From Octopus vulgaris (Eukaryota): a stretch of 64,000 nt of DNA. Below, in pieces: positions 56,377-64,000 of this stretch (its first letter is position 1; every line of letters begins with the position of its first letter). Position numbers and translations under genes: made by a program. Where the stretch lies: positions 85,870,001 to 85,934,000 of the forward strand of contig OX597823.1 of assembly GCA_951406725.2 (NCBI GenBank), given 5' to 3'. The notes below the pieces were generated by a model. It worked only from the letters and a program-made list of their open reading frames with translations. It did no database searches and was not told the origin of the DNA.

Positions 56377-57183
56377 TGTTGTTGTTGTTGTTCCTGTTCT
56401 TGAAGGCAATGCGTCACATACACCCATTTCATCAGCGATCCCCAATTGTGTTAGGCACATCCAATCTCTCGAGAGAATTTTGCTACGATTTCGATAGGAA
56501 ATGTGTGCGTGTGTGTGTGTCTTCTTGTAAATGTATTTAATATAAGCCTCGTTGCAATGACGCGTGTTCTGCTAAACAGCTTTAAGTTGCTGTGCCTGAC
56601 AACAGACGATTTCGTATGAGGCTAATAGTGTGTTGCGTAATATGTGGACTAAGTATGTTGAACATTTGCTCACTAAAGGATAGATCGAATGCCTTGCATG
56701 TGGTGCTAAATAAACAGAGATTTGTTTACAAGTGAGCAAAGGATTTCTTGTATGATGTGTCTTGGGCCTTACAGGGCGCAATCGGAATCTTGAATAATAT
56801 GTGTCCTGCACTTAAAAGTGGTTTATTTACAAAAGGGCAAATGATGTGCCTACTGTAAAACTAGTGGATGAGGGTACCGCAGTTTTTTGCCAAACGACTT
56901 GCACAGACGATTTGTTTATAGTGACCAAATGGTTGTGCTGCCCCTCAGCGACCACACATCGGATGTCAAGTGGTCGCTCATGACAACAACGCAACCCCCT
57001 CACAATATAAGACTTGTATCTTGTATAGTACGCCTGTTGCGTCTAACGGTTATTAATTTGATATAAAGCTGGTTGTATAGTAGGTAATATCTGTATTTAA
57101 AAGCGGAATATATTGTATTATATGTTAGGTAATTTTTGGATGTTGCGATCGTGATTTCAATTCCCGTGCTTGGTGGTGGTGGT

Positions 57184-57251
<68 letters not shown>

Positions 57252-57489
57252 ATGTGTTCTTTAGCAAAGCACTTTGCTTTACGTTGCTTCAGCCCAATCA
57301 GTTTTGTAAATGCGCAGCCCTACGACAGTCTGATTTTCTGTTCAGTAATTTCGTGATCTCGTTATGCGCTGTGGGAAACCAGATTACCGGCCCAATGCGT
57401 CTTAGGACTCAATACAGCAGTGTACAGTGTTACTTTTACTAGTGCTTCACACAATTAGTGTTCTATGCTTAATTACGTTTAATATAGTA

Positions 57490-57955
57490 TAGGCGCAGGT
57501 GTGGCTGTGTGGTAAGAAGCTTGCTTCCAAACCACATGGTTCCAGGTTCAGTCCCACAGCATGGTACCTTGAGCAAGTGTCTTCTACTATAGCCATGAGC
57601 TGACCAAAGCCTTGTGAGTGAATTTGTTTGACGGAAACTAACACTAAATTCCTTGTCTTGCAATACCAGTTTCAAATTTTGGCACAAGGCTAGCAATTTT
57701 GGCAGTTGGGGGAGAGGTCCATTTCATCGATCCCAATATATATATATATATTGAGACTAGTAAGAAACAATTATGAACTTTTTTTATTACACTTAACTTT
57801 TAAAAATATTTTTGATAAGGTTGGTTTTTTTCAAGAAGAACCAAAACATGTAAAATCTCTAAGAAAATTAAACCTTATCTTATCTATAGTGGAGTTTTCA
57901 TACTTCCTTTTTATAAATATATACCCACTCGTATGGCACCTACGCTTTATATACA

Positions 57956-58015
<60 letters not shown>

Positions 58016-58370
58016 TTCGGTGCGAATGGTTCCTTTTATACGGCACCGAGTTTACAATCCTGTAAAGAATAGCAATGGAATTCCTATACAAGCTTAAAGT
58101 TTATGGCAATCAACGTGCAATGACTAAGCAAAATAGTCCCATAAAGGTGATAAAGGTATATGTGTGTGTGTGTGTGTGTGTCTTTCTATTTGTTCCCCTA
58201 CTATCGCTTGACAATTGATGTTGGTGTGCTTACGTCCCCGTAACTTAGCGGTTCGGCAAAAGAGACCAATAGAATAAGTACTAGGCTTACAAAGAATAAA
58301 TCCTGGGATCGATTTGTCCGACTAAAGGCGGTGCTCCAGTATGGCCACAGTCAAATGACAAACAAATCAA
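57490..58370 (+). mobile_element. SINE family A split by ~520 bp of inserted TA-flanked fragments
   Basis: Head at 57490-57640; tail at 58160-58370. Confidence 0.7.
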
Positions 58371-59350
58371 AGAATAATATACCATAAAGTAATTGTGATG
58401 TATTATTGTTCTATGCTTTATATAACATGTGGGCTGCCCCTTGCATCATTGGTCAGAAAAATATTGTTAGGGCAGTGCGGGGTTTGGTTTGGTTTGGTTT
58501 GGTTACAGCGGTTAAAATTCCTTATCTTTCAATACTGTTTTCAAATGTTGGCACTATGTTAGGAGTTAGGAGAGAAGTCCTTTACATCGATCTCAATATT
58601 TAACTGGTACTTATTTTCTCGACCCCAAGAGGATGAAAGGTAAAGTCGACCCCGGTGGCATTTGAACTTAGAAAATAAAGTCGGAAGAAATTTCTGTAAA
58701 CATTTTTGCTTCCAGCACGGTAACGGTCCTTTCAGATCGCTGCCATTTTGTCTAGCAATATTAACGGCCCTTTGCATAGTCAGATCGAACCTGTATCCAA
58801 TGCGGTAACCCTTTCGACCATTAGAGAAAAATAAAGATCAGTGAATTACTAGGGTCAACTGAATCGACTGCCCCCCTTCTACACACGTAAATCTCTGGCC
58901 TTGTGCCAGAGATAAAAATTCTTCATGCGTCACACGTTATTCTTTCGGGGTTGGCTGCGATGATGAGGAGGAATGGTAAGGAGATTGTTTCGAATATTTA
59001 AAGTTATTGAGTTTTGCACTTCTTACATTCTGAATTGAGAATTCCCAACGGAAATTGCCGATTTTGGCCGCCATCGATCCGAATTCGATAAACTAAGACG
59101 CAGGCAATTATCGTAAACAGAAAAATCTTTTCTTTGTTCTTTCTTTCTTTTTGTTTCCAGTGACATAAATCACACCATCACCACCACCACCCTCATCATC
59201 ATCATCATCATCATCACCACACTACATCTCCAATAATATAATGTCCACCATCACCACTTTTACTCAACAAACATCATCATCATTATTCTCTCCCTTACCG
59301 CCACTCCCACCAGCATTATCATCAGTATCATTATCCTCATCAGCAGCAGC

Positions 59351-59381
<31 letters not shown>

Positions 59382-59983
59382 TACCACCACCACTACAATC
59401 ATCGTTGTCTTCATCACTATCACGATGAGCAAAGCAATCTTTAACCATCGAGTAAAATTAACTTAAAAGATTTGATGCGGTAGAAGTGCGTTATAGCAAA
59501 AGAGACTAGGAAATTATCCATTCGAAGACGCGGCAAGACCAGGATTATCTCTTATCCACTCAAGGATTATTGCTGAAATGCGGAGGAACCCAATAACTGG
59601 CACCACACTCAATCCGCTCATTATCAGCGTTATTCGATGAAAGAATTGCAATATTCACCCATACACAAAGACACAAATACACACACATAAACACACACAC
59701 ACACACACTTACACAGACACTTACACACAAACACGTACACACACACAAATACACACACACAAACACAGATACACACACATAAATACACATCACAAACACA
59801 CACACTTACACACACACAAATACACACACACAAATACACGCACAGCACACACACACGCACGCACTTACACACACTCAAATACACACAAACACACATACAA
59901 ATAAACTAACACTTACTCACAAATACACAAACACATACACAAATACACACACATACACACAAATACACACACAAATACACGCA

Positions 59984-60202
59984 CAAGGTGGGGCGCTGAA
60001 AAATATCCTGGTTTTGGGTAAAAGAAAATACATGAGGATCAGTTAGTTATGATTTTATTCAACATATTCTCCGCTTAGATTCACGCACTTACGCAATGGG
60101 CCTTAAGGTTTTCTAAGCCTTGTCAAAGAACTCGGAAGGTTGGGCCTCCAGCCTGGCCTTTCGTGATACTCTTAAAGCCAGGAAATTTTCGGCACCCCTT
60201 CG
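59984..60202 (-). mobile_element. mariner-derived MITE, second copy
   Basis: TIRs ggggcgctgaaaaatatcctggtttt / aaagccaggaaattttcggcacccc; homologous to 9528-9745. Confidence 0.78.
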
Positions 60203-60268
60203 TATATGACACACATATATAAAACTAACATACATTTACGTGTGTGTGTGTGTGCGTTACGGACATGT

Positions 60269-60651
60269 GTGGAGGCGCAATGGCCCAGCGGTTAGGGCAG
60301 CGGACTCGCGGTCATAGGATCGCGGTTTCGATTCCCAGACCGGGCGTTGTGAGTGTTTATTGAGCGAAAACACCTAAAGCTCCTCGAGACTCCGGCAGGG
60401 GATGGTGGTGATCCCTGCTGTACTCTTTCACCACAACTTTCTCTCACTCTTACTTCCTGTTTCTGTTGTACCTGTATGTCAAAGGGCCGGCCTTGTCACT
60501 CTCTGTGTCACGCTAAATATCCCCGAGAACTGCGTTAAGGGTACACGTGTCTGTGGAGTGCTCAGCACTTACACGTTAATTTTACGAGCAGGCTGTTCTG
60601 TTGATCGGATCAACCGGAACCCTCGTCGTCGTAACCGACGGAGTGCTTCCA
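60269..60651 (+). mobile_element. SINE family B, full length
   Basis: Near-identical to 43869-44252. Confidence 0.93.
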
Positions 60652-60759
60652 TCCATGTGTTTGTTAGATGAAATATGACGGTTACAGTAAATTACTGCTC
60701 ACTTTACTCCTCTTTCTTTATTGTGAATGTACTCGAAAACGTGATGAGTTCAACAATAT

Positions 60760-62030
60760 CTGCCTTCCCACGAAAAGAAAAGACTATCTCCTAGAACCCA
60801 ATCAATATCGTTATCATGTTAGCAGAAACGGCTTACACAACCTGTGCACCATTTTGATCGCATCCTAAATTATTTGGGAGAGGGCTTCTCATATTACTTA
60901 ATTTCAGTAAAGCTTTTTCAAAGAGTTCACCATAGCTTTCTGCTGAAGTAATTACCCGACCTTAGATCCCATGTTATGCTACTGCATGGGTTTAAATGTT
61001 TCCTTTCAAAGGGAACCCAACATGTGATTAACGAAATTTACTCAAGATCACCTAAAGTCATTTGTGGTGTCCAGCAAGGTGCTTATGTTACTCTCGCCTC
61101 TGTTTTAATATTTACGCAGAAGACAGTGGAAATCTTGTCAAATATAGGTATAAATAAATCTTTGCAGATGATTCTTAAGTTCCAGAGAAGTCATTAAGTG
61201 AGTATTTGACTGAACATAACTTCAGTTCAGTCTATTCATTGCGATTCTCCGAACAAGAATTACAATACTCCTATTAAAAGTAGAAAAATTTGAGCTTATT
61301 CACGTAGGCAAAGAGAAAACATTCAAGCATATATATTTTCTGCCCTCTGTAGAACGGTTTATGGAGTCGCATAAAGTCAGAAACATAGGGGGTAATTGTG
61401 GACAAACAAACTAAAGTTTAGTGCACTCATCAGAACAAAAGTCGATTTAGCTTCCAGAATGTTCTTAGGGAATCTTAGAAATTCTTCTGCCAGAGATCAT
61501 AATATCATCCTCCATTTATCTACGTTTGCCACATATCAAGTATCAGCTTGGACATTACAGCCTCCGATGGTCTCCTTGCTCGAAACAAAACATTACGGGG
61601 ATTGAAGTTCCGTAGAGATCAGAAACAAAAGACACAAACAGATAACAGGCGTTGATTATCGGCATAGATTTAAAAGTCACAAAATCCTATGTATCCAACA
61701 CAACCGTGAGTGCTACATCACTTGAACAATGAGAAAATATTCCATCAACACGGTCCAAACGTTGCTCGTTTCAAGTTCACACACAACCTAAAAGTTTGAC
61801 TTCGTGTTGTGTACCTCTTAGAGAAGTAGAACCCTAACTAGATAACAACATTGCAAGACAACATTATACTTTTCCATTGCGACAATCCCTGATATCTTGA
61901 CAGAAACCAAACAAATTAACAACTCCATACCATTCAAACACCTGCCAATTCGAGTGTCTAACAATATAATATAAAAGACTAATTTAAATGGTGTACTCTA
62001 GCTAGACAGGCGTAGCCAATAAAGGCCAAA
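60760..62030 (+). pseudogene. Degraded CR1-like LINE reverse transcriptase and 3' region
   Basis: Motifs in order: LLEPNQYRY (NQHGF), LNFSKAF (LDFSKAFD), FKCFLSKGTQHV...VICGVQQG (SGVPQG), FADDS, RNIGVIVD, LKFSALIRTKV, TIPD. Many stops and frameshifts. Confidence 0.85.
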
Positions 62031-62081
62031 TACTAAATTATATGCATGCATATAAGAATATGTGCCCGAATATTTTAGACA

Positions 62082-62241
62082 CAGGCACGGTGTATGTTTA
62101 GAAGCTTGGTTCCCAACATATGTTCCGAGTTCAGTCCCACTGATTGGCACCTTGAGCAAGTATCTTCTAATGTAGCCTCGAATCAACCAAAGTCTTGTGA
62201 GTGGATTTGGTAGATGGAAAGAAGTCCATCGTATATATATA

Positions 62242-62286
<45 letters not shown>

Positions 62287-62490
62287 CTGTGTTCCCTCCT
62301 GTCATCTCTTGACAACCGATGCTGGTGTGTCTATGTACATGTAATCTAGCTGTTTGACAAAAGTGTCCGATAAAATAAGTACTAGGTTTACAAAGAATTA
62401 GTGCTGGGAATTTCTTCCACTAAATCACTTTGAGGTGATGCTCCAGTATGGCTGCAACCAAATGACTAAAACAAGCAAAGGAAAAAAGAA
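62082..62490 (+). mobile_element. SINE family A, diverged
   Basis: Head, core and tail all recognisable. Confidence 0.8.
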
Positions 62491-62604
62491 TAAATATATA
62501 TCTATGAAACAAGGATCAAAGGTCCTCCCAAGCCATTGGCGCGTAAGGCCAGTTTCCTGGTTTCCATGGCGTATATATACATACACATGCATATATAGAA
62601 TATA

Positions 62605-62756
62605 TGCCGGTGGAACGTAAAAAGCACCCACTACACTCTCGTGGTTGGCGTTCGGAGAGTTATCCAGCTGTAGAAACATTGCGAGATCTGATTGGGGTCT
62701 GGTGCAGATCGCCCAACCCATGCCAACATGGAAAACAGACGTTAAAAGATGATGAT
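62605..62756 (+). mobile_element. Repeat 3' fragment with (GAT)n tail, possibly RTE-related
   Basis: gtaaaaagcaccc...ggttggcgtt...aacccatgccaacatggaaaacagacgttaaaagatgatgat. Confidence 0.45.
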
Positions 62757-62787
<31 letters not shown>

Positions 62788-62955
62788 AGCACACACACAC
62801 ACACACAAACAAGCACACACACACACATATGAGATTATGAGATAGATAGAAAGACGGAGACACAGAAAGAGAAAGTGATAAAGAGATAGAGATATAGAAA
62901 TGTAGATATGTAATATATATATATATAATAGAGAAAGAGAGAGAGAGAGTCAGAG

Positions 62956-63024
<69 letters not shown>

Positions 63025-63093
63025 TAGATAGATAGATAGAGAGATAGATAGATAGATAGATAGATAGACATGTAAATAGACATATAGACAAAC

Positions 63094-63164
<71 letters not shown>

Positions 63165-63491
63165 CAGATGTATTGTGTGTGTGTGTGTGTGTGTGTTTGT
63201 TTGTGTGCGCGTGTGTGTTTCTATGTAGATTCAAACTTATAGCTAAATAAGTAAGGAATGATTTTTCTTTTGTATATTTTGCTGGCAATATAAGGCATGT
63301 AACCACACACAAAATCTCTGATATACATTTCAAGATTGGTTCTTGGAGATGTCAAAATAACCTTACGAAATAACAATGCTGTCACAGACGCATGTCCAGG
63401 TCTAATGCTAAACTCTCTTCGTAAAGTGGTGGCAGAGCTGTTTGCGAAAATTAGGACAATTTTGCGTTTCCAGTGAGTAAATTAGCTTTTC

Positions 63492-64000
63492 CAGTGTCAA
63501 CGGTCTTGCCAGAAATTCTGAGCCAGAAACTACAGCTTAGAAGACGAGCCTCGTCCTAGAAGATCTGTAGAGATCGACGAGGACGTCCTGCAAACTCTGG
63601 TGGAAGAAAATCTCGTCGTAACTTTTGAGGAACTAGCAGAGAAGCTGAGATTTGGTCATTCAACCATTCATCGATACCTGCGTGTCATCGGAAAAGACAG
63701 CAAATTGGGTCAATGGAAACCTCACAAACTTTCCGACTCTAATCTCACGCAGAGAGTCAATGTGTGCTCTTTGCTGTCATGTCTCACCTTTTTTTTTGGA
63801 TGGAATAACCAGTGGTGACGAGAAATGCGTTCCTTATAAAAAATATCAAGCGCCGAACAGAGTGGCTAGAGAAAGGAGAAACACCGGCTCCCCAGGCTAA
63901 AGATATTCACCCACATAAAGTGTCACCCACGTAAAGTGTTATCTGTTTGATGGTATATGAAAGACTTAGTCTGATCTTTCAAACCCAAACCAAATGACAA
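63492..64000 (+). pseudogene. mariner transposase fossil (HTH to catalytic-domain start), runs off the window
   Basis: QCQRSCQKF*ARNYSLEDEPRPRRSVEIDEDVLQTLVEEN...STIHRYLRVIGK.SKLGQWKPHKL (WVPHEL motif)...ITSGDEKC (TGDEKW motif); stop and frameshifts. Confidence 0.9.

Overview
AT-rich, repeat-saturated eukaryotic DNA with no recognisable host protein-coding gene. The SINE families and microsatellite load resemble octopus (coleoid cephalopod) genomes; this is from recall and was not verified by a search. Almost all of the ORF track is translated (TA)n/(CA)n/(TATG)n/(TAGA)n/(TAA)n microsatellite. Real content: (i) four tRNA-derived SINE families, called A-D here, in dozens of copies; (ii) decayed CR1-like LINE pieces and probable Dong/R4 and L2-like pieces; (iii) Penelope-like element (PLE) remnants, including a GIY-YIG C-terminus and about 10 hammerhead-ribozyme-like cores embedded in (TA)n/(TAA)n tracts; (iv) two non-autonomous Helitrons; (v) mariner and DD41D transposase fossils and several MITEs. 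Most interesting signals: microsatellite-targeted hammerhead-bearing PLE modules that often end in fold-backs, a SINE that repeatedly inserts at one site inside its own family head, a SINE/CR1 shared 3' stem-loop with compensatory changes, A-depleted blocks that look like A>G hypermutation or a consensus artefact, and several short-range templated insertions. Coordinates were read by eye and may be off by a few bases.
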